A stretch of DNA of 64,000 nt from Gaiellaceae bacterium. Lineage in GTDB: Bacteria; Actinomycetota; Thermoleophilia; Gaiellales; Gaiellaceae. A program made the position numbers and the translations under genes. Under the pieces are notes generated by a model. It was not told the origin of the DNA and searched no databases. It saw nothing but the letters and a program-made list of their open reading frames with translations. The DNA lies in the NCBI GenBank assembly GCA_035265935.1, contig DATFOC010000076.1, positions 4,084-68,083 on the forward strand, read 5' to 3'. Positions within the stretch are counted from its first letter, which is position 1; every line of letters starts with the position of its first letter. Positions 16,846-26,264 of the stretch are shown here, piece by piece.

Positions 16846-17548
16846 GCACCGCCTCCACGGCCCGCTGCTGTGCCTCGCCGATCTGCTCGATGCCGGCGGC
16901 CGCCAGATCCAGCAGCTCGTCGAGCTGCTCGCGGGTGTAGCGCTCGCCCTCGGCGGTCGCCTGCACCTCGATCAGCCGTCGATCGCCGCTCATGACGACG
17001 TTGAGGTCGACCTCGGCGCGCGAGTCCTCCGAGTAGTCGAGGTCGAGGAGCGCCTCGCCGTCGACGATCCCGAGCGAGACGCCGGCGACGGAATCGGTCA
17101 GCGCCTTCCCGAGGCCGAAGCGGTCGAGCGCCCGGCGCGACGCGACGTAGGCACCGGAGATCGCTGCGCAGCGGGTGCCGCCGTCCGCCTGCAGCACGTC
17201 GCAGTCGATCCAGAGCGTGCGCTCGCCGAGCGCGTCCAGGTCGGTCACCGCGCGGAGCGACCGCCCGATCAGGCGCTGGATCTCCACCGTCCGGCCCTTC
17301 TGCCGGCCCGAGCTCGCCTCGCGCGCGGTGCGCTCCCCCGTCGACGCAGGCAGCAGCCCGTACTCCGCGGTCATCCAGCCCTTGCCCTTGCCCATCAGCC
17401 AGCGCGGAACGCCTTCGGTAATCGACGCCGTGCACAGAACGCGGGTCTTCCCCGCGGAGATCAGCGCGGAGCCGGCCGGCTGCTCGAGGTAGTCGACCTC
17501 GATCTCCAGGGGCCGGAGTTCGTCCGCCCGCCGCCCGTCCGCTCTCAC
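16838..17548 (-). CDS. rph: Ribonuclease PH
   Basis: 236 aa. MRADGRRADELRP..., GWMTAEYGLLPAST and GRTVEIQRLIGRSLR. Confidence 0.95.
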   Translation of the reverse strand: MRADGRRADELRPLEIEVDYLEQPAGSALISAGKTRVLCTASITEGVPRWLMGKGKGWMTAEYGLLPASTGERTAREASSGRQKGRTVEIQRLIGRSLRAVTDLDALGERTLWIDCDVLQADGGTRCAAISGAYVASRRALDRFGLGKALTDSVAGVSLGIVDGEALLDLDYSEDSRAEVDLNVVMSGDRRLIEVQATAEGERYTREQLDELLDLAAAGIEQIGEAQQRAVEAVLA

Positions 17549-17567
17549 GTCGCCGGCCTCCTCCGGC

Positions 17568-18389
17568 TCACGCCGCGGCCGCCTCGAGCTCGGCGATCTC
17601 GACCCGGTCGACCCCCTCCAGCGGGAGCTGGAGGAAGCGCTGGCCGAGCTCCTTGAACTGGTCTGTGTCGCCGGTGGTCAGGAACCGGTACCCACCCTCG
17701 CGCCGTGGGTCGTTCTCGATCCCCTTCCGGGTCAGCGTCTCGGCCACCTCTCGCGCCGTCTCCTCCGCCGAGAAGACGAGGGTGACGTCGCGCCCGAAGA
17801 CGCGCTGGAAGATCGGCCGGATCAGCGGGTAGTGCGTGCAGCCGAGGATCACGGTGTCCACCTCGGCATCCTTCAACGGCTGCGCGTAGCGCCGGACCGC
17901 CGCGGTGGTCTCGGCCCCGAACGGCTCGGGACCTTCGATCAGCGGCACGAGCTCCGGGCAGGCGAGCGGGAAGAACCGCGTACCGGCGTCCAGCGTGTGG
18001 ACGAGCTCCGCGTACCGCCCAGCCGCCACCGTCGCCTCGGTCGCCATCAGACCGATGTGCCGGTTTCGCGTCACCTGGACGGCGGCATGGGCCTCGGGCG
18101 TGATCACGCCGACGACGGGGACGGAGATTCGCTCCTGGAGATCCGGCAGCGCCGCCGAGGTCGCCGTGTTGCAGGCGACGAGGATCAGCTTGACGCCCTG
18201 TGCGGCGAGGTAGCCGGCGATCTCGAGCGAGAAGCGGCGCACCTCGTCGAGCGGCCGCGGGCCGTACGGCAGTCGCGCGCCGTCGCCCAGGTAGACGAAG
18301 TCCTCGTGCGGCATCGTCACCAGGCACTCGTGGAGGACGGTTAGCCCGCCCATGCCGGAGTCGAAGACGCCGATCGGCCGCGAATTCAT
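17568..18389 (-). CDS. murI: Glutamate racemase
   Basis: PIGVFDSGMGGLTV, VACNTA and GCTHYP motifs. The ORF track starts at TTG 18392; I prefer the adjacent ATG at 18389. Confidence 0.93.
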   Translation of the reverse strand: MNSRPIGVFDSGMGGLTVLHECLVTMPHEDFVYLGDGARLPYGPRPLDEVRRFSLEIAGYLAAQGVKLILVACNTATSAALPDLQERISVPVVGVITPEAHAAVQVTRNRHIGLMATEATVAAGRYAELVHTLDAGTRFFPLACPELVPLIEGPEPFGAETTAAVRRYAQPLKDAEVDTVILGCTHYPLIRPIFQRVFGRDVTLVFSAEETAREVAETLTRKGIENDPRREGGYRFLTTGDTDQFKELGQRFLQLPLEGVDRVEIAELEAAAA

Positions 18390-18434
18390 CAATCGATTGT
18401 AAGAAGCCTGAACGTTGATCTACCCTCTTTCGCC

Positions 18435-19919
18435 GTGGGTCGCCGATTTCTCCTGCTCGTCGCAGTCTTCTTCGCCTTCCAGGCGAGCGCAGCACACGCG
18501 CTGCACCCGGGCCACACCGGCGAAGCCGGCATGGCCCGGAATGTAGGCAGCGCAAGCGCCGCCTACGCCAAGACCGATCATTGGCTGCCCATGGGCGACG
18601 GGGTCTCGCTCGCAGCGACGCTCTACAGACCCGACGGCGCGCCGCCCCAGGGCGGTTGGCCGGCCGTACTCGTGCTCCACGGCCTCGGACAGGACCGCAG
18701 CGTGACGAACGCTGTCGCCGAGGCGCACCTCGCGCCGAACGGCTACGTGGTCCTCACGGTGGACGCGCGCGGGCACGGCGCGTCGGGAGGACAGTCGTCG
18801 CTCGTCGGGCCGCGAGAAGTGGCCGACTACGCCGCAGCGCTCCAATGGCTGCGCCTGCAGCCCAGCGTCAGCGACACGAGGGTCGGCGCGCTCGGCTTCT
18901 CGCTGGGCGGCGGGTCCGTCTGGAAGCTCTTGACCGCTCCGGGAACACGCCTCGCAGCCGCAGTCCCGGTCACGACCTGGACGAGCCTCTACGACGCGCT
19001 GCTTCCGCAGGGCCTCGCCAAGTCCGGGCTCATCGCCTACTTCTACAACCTGCTGCCGCCCGAGCGGTGGGATCCCGCGGTCACGACACTCAGGGACGAC
19101 GCGCTGCAGGGCCGCAACGACGCCGCGATCCGAGCATTCGCCGCCCAGCGCTCCGTCCGTGCCGACCTCGGCAGGATCCGGACGCCCGTCTTCATGCTTC
19201 AGGGCCGCCGCGACTACGCGTTCGACATGCAGGAGGCGCTTGCGGCGTTCGGTCGCTTGCGCGGCCCTAAGCGGATGTACCTGGGTGATCTCGGCCACGC
19301 ACCGTCGGCGAACCCACCGGCGGAGCAGGCGTACTACTTCGGCCAGATTCGGATGTGGTTCGACCGGTTCCTGAAGGGCCAGCTGAACGGGATCGACAGG
19401 CGCCCGCGGATCGAGCTCGCGCCGGATCCCTGGCGTTCGCGCACCTACCAGGCATCGCAGGTTCCGGCGCGGAGGGTTCTCCGGCTGACCTTCCGCGGTC
19501 GCCGGACAATCGACGGGCTCGGCGGCAAAGTCGTCCGCACCGTCGCTCCGACACGGCGCCTCAACGAGACCTTCGGCCACGCGCTCGTCTCGGTGAAGGC
19601 GTCAACGCCGACGGGCTGGTCGCACGTCGTCGCCGTCCTGTCGGCGATCACGCCGCGCGGCGGCGAGATCGTGGTCAGCCAGGGCGGCGTCCCGACGACG
19701 ACGTTGCGCTCGACGACGCGAAACCTCACCATCCGCCTGCTGAGTCAGGCGACGACGATTCCGCGCGGCTCGCGGTTCCGATTGACCCTGGCGGGTGTCT
19801 CGACCGCCCAGAATCCGAGCAACCTCCTGTACCTCACCGGCCCGGAGGCCACATCCCGAGTCTCCCTCGGCGAGGCCAAGGTCGTCGTGCCCGTCCTTCG
19901 CCGGCCGGTCTCGCGTTGA
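18435..19919 (+). CDS. Secreted alpha/beta hydrolase, CocE/NonD (X-Pro dipeptidyl-peptidase S15) family
   Basis: 494 aa. Signal peptide, nucleophile elbow GFSLGG, and a C-terminal beta-sandwich-like region. Confidence 0.7.
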   Translation: MGRRFLLLVAVFFAFQASAAHALHPGHTGEAGMARNVGSASAAYAKTDHWLPMGDGVSLAATLYRPDGAPPQGGWPAVLVLHGLGQDRSVTNAVAEAHLAPNGYVVLTVDARGHGASGGQSSLVGPREVADYAAALQWLRLQPSVSDTRVGALGFSLGGGSVWKLLTAPGTRLAAAVPVTTWTSLYDALLPQGLAKSGLIAYFYNLLPPERWDPAVTTLRDDALQGRNDAAIRAFAAQRSVRADLGRIRTPVFMLQGRRDYAFDMQEALAAFGRLRGPKRMYLGDLGHAPSANPPAEQAYYFGQIRMWFDRFLKGQLNGIDRRPRIELAPDPWRSRTYQASQVPARRVLRLTFRGRRTIDGLGGKVVRTVAPTRRLNETFGHALVSVKASTPTGWSHVVAVLSAITPRGGEIVVSQGGVPTTTLRSTTRNLTIRLLSQATTIPRGSRFRLTLAGVSTAQNPSNLLYLTGPEATSRVSLGEAKVVVPVLRRPVSR

Positions 19920-21130
19920 GAGCGGCACTCGTCGTCCTCGCCTTCGCGGCGCTCGTCGCGCTGCCGGGCGCCCACGCCGGCTCCGCCGCCGATCCCGGCG
20001 TGGCAGGCAACTCGATCCTCATCGGCGGGACCGTGCCGCTCACAGGGCCCGCCGCGGCGTTCGCCTCCGTCGCACCGGGCGCGGACGCCTACTTCCGCTA
20101 CGTCAACGACCGCGGAGGCGTCTTCGGCAGGAAGATCCGGTACAAGTACGTGGACGACGGCTTCGAGGTCAGCCGCACCGTCGAGCAGACCCGCCGGCTC
20201 GTCCAGCAGGACCGCGTCTTCGCGATCTTCAACTCGATCGGCACGGAACACGCGATCGCCGTTCGCCCCTATCTGAACCAGGTCCGCGTCCCGCACGTCT
20301 TCACCGGCACGGGCGCGAGCACGTTCCAGGCTCAGCGCGGCCAGTACCCATGGTCGATGGGCTACCTCCCGAGCTTCGTGGGCGAGGGCGCGATCTACGG
20401 GCGCTACGTCGCCGCCTCGATGCCGGGCGCGCGAATCGCCGTGCTCTACGAGAACACCGACTATGGTCGAGACCTGACGAACGGCCTGAGGCGGGGGCTC
20501 GGCCGACGCGCGAGCCGCATCGTCGCCGTGCGCAGCTACGAGATCACGGACGCGGACGTCAACTCCCAGATCTCCCAGCTGAAGCGGTCGGGTGCGAACA
20601 CGTTCATGCTCTTCGCGACACCCGGCTTCGCGATCCAGGCGTTCCTTTCGGCCCACCGCCAGGCCTGGAGGCCGCGCACCTTTGTCAGCTCCGTCTCGAT
20701 CGAACCGTCGATCATGAAGGTGGTCCGCCTGAACACGAGCGCGCCGGCGACGGCGGGGACGATCAGCATGGGCTACCTCAAGGACCCGACGTCGCCGACC
20801 TGGAGCCGCGATCCGGCCGTTCGCCTTTACCGCCGGATCATGCGCCGCTACCTCCCGGGCCGGAAGGCGAGCGACGTCTACCACTTCTACGGGATGGCCG
20901 TCGCGCACTCGATGGTGCACGCACTCCGCAAGTCGGGCAGGAATCTGAGCCGGGCGGGGCTCCAGCGGGCGGTCACCCACCTGAACCAGACCGACAACCC
21001 CTTCCTGCTCCCCGGCGTCGCGGTCCGCACCTCGCCCCGCAACTACTTCCCGATCGCCCGGGCGAAGCTCTTCCGGTTCAGCGCGAAAGGGCAGTGGGTA
21101 CCGTTCGGCCGCCTCCTGGCGGCCCGCTGA
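19916..21130 (+). CDS. ABC-type substrate-binding protein (LivJ/branched-chain amino acid family), no adjacent permease or ATPase
   Basis: Coding part of ORF 19355..21130 from TTG 19916, which overlaps the upstream TGA. Signal peptide ALVALPGAHA, then ILIGGTVPLTGPAAAF...YFRYVNDRGGVFGRKIRYKYVDDG. Confidence 0.8.
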   Translation: MRAALVVLAFAALVALPGAHAGSAADPGVAGNSILIGGTVPLTGPAAAFASVAPGADAYFRYVNDRGGVFGRKIRYKYVDDGFEVSRTVEQTRRLVQQDRVFAIFNSIGTEHAIAVRPYLNQVRVPHVFTGTGASTFQAQRGQYPWSMGYLPSFVGEGAIYGRYVAASMPGARIAVLYENTDYGRDLTNGLRRGLGRRASRIVAVRSYEITDADVNSQISQLKRSGANTFMLFATPGFAIQAFLSAHRQAWRPRTFVSSVSIEPSIMKVVRLNTSAPATAGTISMGYLKDPTSPTWSRDPAVRLYRRIMRRYLPGRKASDVYHFYGMAVAHSMVHALRKSGRNLSRAGLQRAVTHLNQTDNPFLLPGVAVRTSPRNYFPIARAKLFRFSAKGQWVPFGRLLAAR

Positions 21131-21217
21131 CCACTCGGACGACTCGGCGGCCGGGCGCGGGAGAAATCCGCAACTGATTCGCCCAATTTCCGTCTCACCC
21201 CACTGAAAGGGGGTCTC

Positions 21218-22300
21218 TTGACCAAATCAATCCGCTTCGTCCTGCTTCTGTCTGCGTGCGCTCTTGCGCTGGCTTTCGGAGGCAATGCACTTGCCGCATA
21301 CAACCCGTCGTTGCTCGTGGCCGGCACCAGCCACTCCACCGGGAGCGGTGGCCCCATCGTCATCGGGGTGGGCCAGGACCAGGCCGATGACACAACTGCC
21401 GTTGTCAACATCTACTCACCGCTCGGCTATGGCGTCACGCTCACGCAGGCGCCCGGGACGAGAATCGGTGACCTGGAGGCTATCGTCCTCATCCGCGCAT
21501 TGGGTGGGGCCCGCGTGCCGCTCCAGGGCACCGTCACGGCACGGGATCCGGGTGCGTTCGTGAACCCGGCCCAGTTCCCCTGCGGCGAGGGCCGCCGCCA
21601 CGAGGCCGTCTGGCTGATCGAGGGAACGCTCAACAACACGCCGATCCAGATCCCGATCTTCGTCGACCGGGTCACAAGCGGTGCCGAGGCGCAGTTCGCC
21701 TCGGCGAAGATGCGCATCTGCCTCCCCTCGGAGCAGGCTTCGACCACGGGAGCGACGCTGATCGTTGCCGCCTTCTCCGTGTCCGGCGTCTTCAGCAACC
21801 CGAACACCCGCGGGACGTATCCGTGGAACGCCCTGTTCATCCCGTATTCACCGGGAACCAGCATCCCGAACCCGGCGAACGCCGCGCAGAGCACGTCGTA
21901 CACACGGTTGCCGGTGCAACTGGCCGTGAATGCGAAGAAGGTCCGCCAGGGCAAGCGCAAGTACGCCCGTGTCACCGCCTGCCTCAGCGAGGCCGGACAG
22001 CGCGTTCGCGGCGTCCGGGTCAACATCCTCGCCGGCCGGTCGGCACGCGGGACGAGCCGCGTGGCCTTCGGCCGCACGAACTCGCGCGGCTGCCTCACGC
22101 GGACGATCCGGCTCCGCTACCGGACGACGTTCATCCGCGCATCCACGACGGTGCCGGAACGGGACGTCACGAGCGCACCGGGCTGCACGCCGCGGCTCTC
22201 CGCAGCACCCGGCACGCTCCCACCCGCGCGCTGCACTTCGGCGACGCTGGCTCCCGCGCTGAACCTGTTCAGCCGAACCACAGTACGAGTCCGCCGCTAG
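21218..22300 (+). CDS. Secreted hypothetical protein
   Basis: 360 aa. TTG start with SD AAGGGGG and signal peptide (LLLSACALALAFGGNALA). I recognised no family. The C-terminal region resembles a carboxypeptidase-regulatory-like beta-sandwich. Confidence 0.6.
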   Translation: MTKSIRFVLLLSACALALAFGGNALAAYNPSLLVAGTSHSTGSGGPIVIGVGQDQADDTTAVVNIYSPLGYGVTLTQAPGTRIGDLEAIVLIRALGGARVPLQGTVTARDPGAFVNPAQFPCGEGRRHEAVWLIEGTLNNTPIQIPIFVDRVTSGAEAQFASAKMRICLPSEQASTTGATLIVAAFSVSGVFSNPNTRGTYPWNALFIPYSPGTSIPNPANAAQSTSYTRLPVQLAVNAKKVRQGKRKYARVTACLSEAGQRVRGVRVNILAGRSARGTSRVAFGRTNSRGCLTRTIRLRYRTTFIRASTTVPERDVTSAPGCTPRLSAAPGTLPPARCTSATLAPALNLFSRTTVRVRR

Positions 22301-22313
22301 AGAGAGCGCAACC

Positions 22314-22339
22314 GAGAGGGCCCCACCGAGGGCCCTCTC
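22314..22339 (+). terminator. Perfect 10-bp GC-rich hairpin downstream of 21218..22300
   Basis: GAGAGGGCCC-CACCGA-GGGCCCTCTC lies 14 nt after the TAG. There is no U-tract. Confidence 0.5.
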
Positions 22340-22353
22340 ACTATCCTGGTCTC

Positions 22354-23283
22354 GTGGCCGAACGGATCCGGGTCGGGACCTGCTCGTGGGCGGACGAGGC
22401 GCTCTCGAAGCACTTCTATCCGCCCGGGCTCAAGGCCGGCGAACGACTCGCGTACTACGCCAAGCACTTCGACACCGTCGAGCTCGACTCGACGTACTAC
22501 CGGCTTCCCGTGGAGTCCATGGCCGCCCGCTGGGCCGAGCAGACGCCCGACGACTTCGTCATGCACGTCAAGGCCTTCGGAGTGATGACGCGGCACCCGG
22601 TGAAGAAGGATCAGCTTCCGACCGACCTGCGCGAGGCCGCACCCGTGGACGAGAAGGGCCGGATCGACCGTCCACCGCGCGAGTTCCGCGCCGAGGTCTT
22701 CACGCGCTTCCGCGAGGCACTCGAGCCGCTGCGCTCGGCCCGGAAGCTCGGCGGAACGCTCTTCCAGTTCCCTCCCTATGTCGTCTACAAGGACCTCTCC
22801 CTCGACTACCTCGCCTGGGCCGGCGAGCAGATGGGCGACGACGAGATGCTGGTCGAGTTCCGCCACTCGAGCTGGTACGAGGAGGACGTCCGCGACGAGG
22901 TGCTCTCGTTCCTCGAGGAGCATGGGATGTCGCTCGTCGTGGTGGACGCACCGAAGGTGGAAGCGAAGAACGTCCCGCGAACGCTGCTCGCCGTCACCGG
23001 CCCGACGGTCTACGTCCGGTTCCACGGACGCAACGAGAAGACCTGGAACGCCCGCGGCGGGAGCGCCGCCGAGCGGTTCGACTACCTCTACCCGGAGGAC
23101 GAGCTGCGCGAGTGGGTGGAGCCGCTGCGGGAGCTCGCCGGGCAGGCGCAGAACGCCTACGCGTTCTTCAACAACAACAACCGCTCACCCGGTGACGGCG
23201 GCTACGGCGGGTATGTCGCGCAAGGTGCGGCGAACGCGCAGATGCTGAAGGGACTCCTGGCGCAGGCCGGCGTCCCGGCCTAG
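22354..23283 (+). CDS. DUF72 family protein
   Basis: Coding part of ORF 21823..23283 from GTG 22354: IRVGTCSWADE...YYAKHFDTVELDSTYYRLP...YVRFHGRN...YAFFNNN, typical of DUF72. Confidence 0.85.
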   Translation: MAERIRVGTCSWADEALSKHFYPPGLKAGERLAYYAKHFDTVELDSTYYRLPVESMAARWAEQTPDDFVMHVKAFGVMTRHPVKKDQLPTDLREAAPVDEKGRIDRPPREFRAEVFTRFREALEPLRSARKLGGTLFQFPPYVVYKDLSLDYLAWAGEQMGDDEMLVEFRHSSWYEEDVRDEVLSFLEEHGMSLVVVDAPKVEAKNVPRTLLAVTGPTVYVRFHGRNEKTWNARGGSAAERFDYLYPEDELREWVEPLRELAGQAQNAYAFFNNNNRSPGDGGYGGYVAQGAANAQMLKGLLAQAGVPA

Positions 23284-23288
23284 CGGCC

Positions 23289-24086
23289 ATGAATCCCACG
23301 GCGTTCCCGGAGCTGAACGCCGTGTTGGCACAACTCGTTGCCGGCCTGCGCGCCAGGCTCGGCGACCAGCTGGTCGGCGTCTATCTCCAGGGCTCCTTCG
23401 CGCTCGGCGACGCCGACGAGCACAGCGACGTCGACTTCCTGGTCGTCATCGAGCGCGAGCTCACCGAGGACGAGCAGCATGAGCTCCGGGCACTGCACGA
23501 GCGGCTCTTCCAGCTCCCGAGCCACTGGGCCCAGCACCTCGAGGGCTCCTACGTCCCGCGTGATCGGCTGCGCCGCCCCGACCCGAAGCGTGAGCCGTGG
23601 TTCTACTTCGACAACGGCGCGACAGAGCCGATCTGGGACAACCACGACAACAGCGCCGTCGTCCGGTGGTCACTACGCGAGCACGGGATCGTGCTCGAGG
23701 GGCCGAACCCAACAATGCTTGTCGATTCCGTCTCCGGTGACGAGCTCCGGCGGGAGGTTCGGTGGGTCATTGACGACTTCGGTGATTGGCTTCGCGCGCG
23801 AGAGATGTGGAGTGCACGGCTCCAGACGCTGGCAGTGATCTCGTACTGCGGGATACTCCACACGCTGGAAACGGGGGCCGTCGCGTCAAAGCGCGAGTCG
23901 GGCGAGTGGGCCCGCGAGACGCTCGATGCCGAGTGGAGAGATCTCATCCAGCGTGCTCTCGACGACCGCCCGGATCCATGGTCGAAGGTACGAGAGGCTG
24001 CCGACCCGGGTCTCGTTCGCCAGACGCTCGATTTCGTGGACTACGCCGCTAGACGGTCGCGAGAAACTCCGTCAGCAGCTCGTTGA
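23289..24086 (+). CDS. Nucleotidyltransferase with DUF4111-like C-terminal domain (aminoglycoside adenylyltransferase ANT(3'')/AadA-like)
   Basis: 265 aa. GVYLQGSFALGDADEHSDVDFLVV (GS...D.D NTase motif), then a helical C-terminal domain as in AadA-like proteins. Confidence 0.75.
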   Translation: MNPTAFPELNAVLAQLVAGLRARLGDQLVGVYLQGSFALGDADEHSDVDFLVVIERELTEDEQHELRALHERLFQLPSHWAQHLEGSYVPRDRLRRPDPKREPWFYFDNGATEPIWDNHDNSAVVRWSLREHGIVLEGPNPTMLVDSVSGDELRREVRWVIDDFGDWLRAREMWSARLQTLAVISYCGILHTLETGAVASKRESGEWARETLDAEWRDLIQRALDDRPDPWSKVREAADPGLVRQTLDFVDYAARRSRETPSAAR

Positions 24087-24690
24087 AGCGGTTCCGGCGC
24101 TCGACGTTCGTGAAGTGGCCGGCGCCCTCGAGCACCTCGAGGCGGCCGTTCGGTGCCGACTCGACGATCTCGCGCGCTTCGGCCTCGGGGAGGAACGGGT
24201 CCTCGCTGCCGACGACCATCCAGAGCGGGCGCTCGTAGTCGCGGACGAAATCGGTCGAGTCGCGGCGGTCGCGCAGCGCCTCGGTCGCGCGGATCAGCTC
24301 CTCCACGGTCCGCTCGGGCGGGGGCGGCGCGGGCGCGCTCGGCGCCCACGCGTCGATGCCCTGCTCGCGCAGAGTCTCGATCGCGGCGTTGCGAGCGGCC
24401 CGCCGGTCGGCATCGTCGGCCCCGACCCGAGCACCGGCCAGGAAGAGCCCGCGCGAGCGCTCACCGGCGAGCCGCGCCAGAGCGAGCGCCGCGTAGCCGC
24501 CCATCGACAGGCCGATCGCCGCAAAGTCGTCGTCGAACCCGTCCCAGATCTGCTCGGCCCATCCGTCGATCGAGTTGCCCTCGAGCTCGTAGAGGTTCGG
24601 GAGGAGCACCTCGTGGCCTTCGAGCGCGTCGCGCTGCGGCGCCCACATCTCGGGCCCGAGCGGGAACGCGTGGAGCATGAGGACCTTCAC
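24049..24690 (-). CDS. Alpha/beta hydrolase
   Basis: 213 aa. Nucleophile elbow GLSMGG and a C-terminal GAGHF. GTG overlaps the upstream stop (GTGA). Confidence 0.75.
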   Translation of the reverse strand: MKVLMLHAFPLGPEMWAPQRDALEGHEVLLPNLYELEGNSIDGWAEQIWDGFDDDFAAIGLSMGGYAALALARLAGERSRGLFLAGARVGADDADRRAARNAAIETLREQGIDAWAPSAPAPPPPERTVEELIRATEALRDRRDSTDFVRDYERPLWMVVGSEDPFLPEAEAREIVESAPNGRLEVLEGAGHFTNVERRNRFNELLTEFLATV

Positions 24691-25421
24691 GCGTGCTCGA
24701 CGACGAGCCCACCGGGGAGCCCGCGCGCCTCGTCGAACCGGAGCTCGGCGCCTTCGATCCCGAGTGCTGCGGCGACGTCACCGAGGAGGTCCTCGGCCGC
24801 AGGCAACTCGTCCGGGGACTCCGCCGTTCGCGCGACCGACCTGATCCGGCCAGGCTCGGCGCCGGTCAGCCGCGACAGGGCAGTCGGGTTCGCCCGGAGC
24901 GCGATCGCGTCCCCGGGAGCGACGTTGCGGAGACTCGGGACCGACACGTACTCGTCCATCAGCCGCCCGCGCTCCATCGCGATCAGGTGGACGATGCGGG
25001 CGTACTCGACGCCGATCGTGATCGTCACGTGGGCGGAGGCGCTCGAGAGCTCCCGCCCCAGCGCACGAAGCTTGTCCGGGTCGCGCTCAGCGTCCTCGTC
25101 GTAGACGGCGATCCAGCCGTTCCTCGCCGGCGAGACAACGGTCTCCCGCGAGGTCAGCACCCGCGGCACGAGCCGCTCGACGAGCTTCACGACGGATCCC
25201 TGGTCGTCCGTCTGGAGGTGCACGGAGCCGAACGATCCCTCCTCGAACTCCTGAACCGCTTGCTCGTCGTCCGTCGCAGCAGCCCGGAGCAGTGCGAGCG
25301 CGACTCCCTCCCGGGGTTCCTTCAGCTCGAGCACCACACCGTCCGTGTCTCGGCGCAGCGATCCCAGGAGCTTTCCGTCCTCCTCGACCACGAACGAGTC
25401 GCCCTCTCGGCGGACGTTCAT
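24687..25421 (-). CDS. Hypothetical protein
   Basis: 244-aa ORF, coupled by ATGA/GTGA overlaps to both neighbours. I recognised no domain. Confidence 0.6.
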   Translation of the reverse strand: MNVRREGDSFVVEEDGKLLGSLRRDTDGVVLELKEPREGVALALLRAAATDDEQAVQEFEEGSFGSVHLQTDDQGSVVKLVERLVPRVLTSRETVVSPARNGWIAVYDEDAERDPDKLRALGRELSSASAHVTITIGVEYARIVHLIAMERGRLMDEYVSVPSLRNVAPGDAIALRANPTALSRLTGAEPGRIRSVARTAESPDELPAAEDLLGDVAAALGIEGAELRFDEARGLPGGLVVEHA

Positions 25422-26233
25422 CCCGGATTCCGGCTCGCGAGGAGCAGGTAGTGGGCGGTGAGGTTCTGAAAGGGCTCGAACCGGGGGCCGAGCTCTCGTG
25501 TCTCGTCGATCGTCAGCACGCGGCCGTCACCATAGAAGGCGGAGACCGCGTACCGCAGCGCGAGGTCGCCGACGGGCCAGGCGCGAGGCCTCGCGAGATG
25601 CCGCGCGAGGAACCAATCGGCCGTCCACTCGCCGATTCCCGGGAGCCTCGTGAGCTCGGCCTTGACGTCATCGTCGGAGAGGGACGAGAGCGCGTCCAGG
25701 TCCTGGTCGGAGCGGGCAAGCTCGAGGACGTAACGCGCCTTGCTCCGTGAAAAGCCGATGGTCGTCAGGTCCTCGGGCGAGGCGACGGCCACGGCGTCGC
25801 GCGCCGGAAACGCATAGGCGCGCTCTGCCCGAACGCCGAAGCGCTCGATGAAGCGATTGAGGACTGCGCGGGCCGCCTTCACCGAGATCTGCTGCGCCGT
25901 GATCGCCCCGACTAGCATCTCGAACGGCTCGGGCGCGAGCGCGGGCCGAAAACCTCTGAGCCGGGCGACCTCAGGTGCGAGCACGGGATCGGGCTCAAAC
26001 CCCGCGAGGTCGAACTCGCCGCCGAGGAGCTTGAGCACGACGCGCCCCGTCTCCTCGTCGAGCGGATCGACATCCACTCCGCCGGGCACTGCCTTGACCC
26101 GAACCTCCCGCCCGCCGACAACTCGGTGAAGCCCACCTGGGCTCCACAGCGTGACGAAATCGGGCCCGAACACACGAAAGCGCTCGGTCGTCAGCTCGAA
26201 GTCGAATGGCTGGGGCACGGCCAGAAAAGCCAT
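25418..26233 (-). CDS. DNA-3-methyladenine glycosylase II-like (AlkA, HhH-GPD superfamily)
   Basis: The internal ATG at 26233 gives MAFLAVPQPFDFELT.... HhH-GPD region: LVGAITAQQISVKAA...LTRLPGIGEWTADWFL...VGDLAL. Confidence 0.8.
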   Translation of the reverse strand: MAFLAVPQPFDFELTTERFRVFGPDFVTLWSPGGLHRVVGGREVRVKAVPGGVDVDPLDEETGRVVLKLLGGEFDLAGFEPDPVLAPEVARLRGFRPALAPEPFEMLVGAITAQQISVKAARAVLNRFIERFGVRAERAYAFPARDAVAVASPEDLTTIGFSRSKARYVLELARSDQDLDALSSLSDDDVKAELTRLPGIGEWTADWFLARHLARPRAWPVGDLALRYAVSAFYGDGRVLTIDETRELGPRFEPFQNLTAHYLLLASRNPG

Positions 26234-26264
26234 ACCCCGAACCGTAGGCACTAGCGTGCACGGC

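Noticed and set aside
18390-18399. Perfect palindrome CAATCGATTG at the murI start, with related AATCGA repeats at 8546-8560
   Set aside because: It is short, overlaps the start codon, and occurs only in loosely similar form elsewhere. The evidence for an operator is insufficient.
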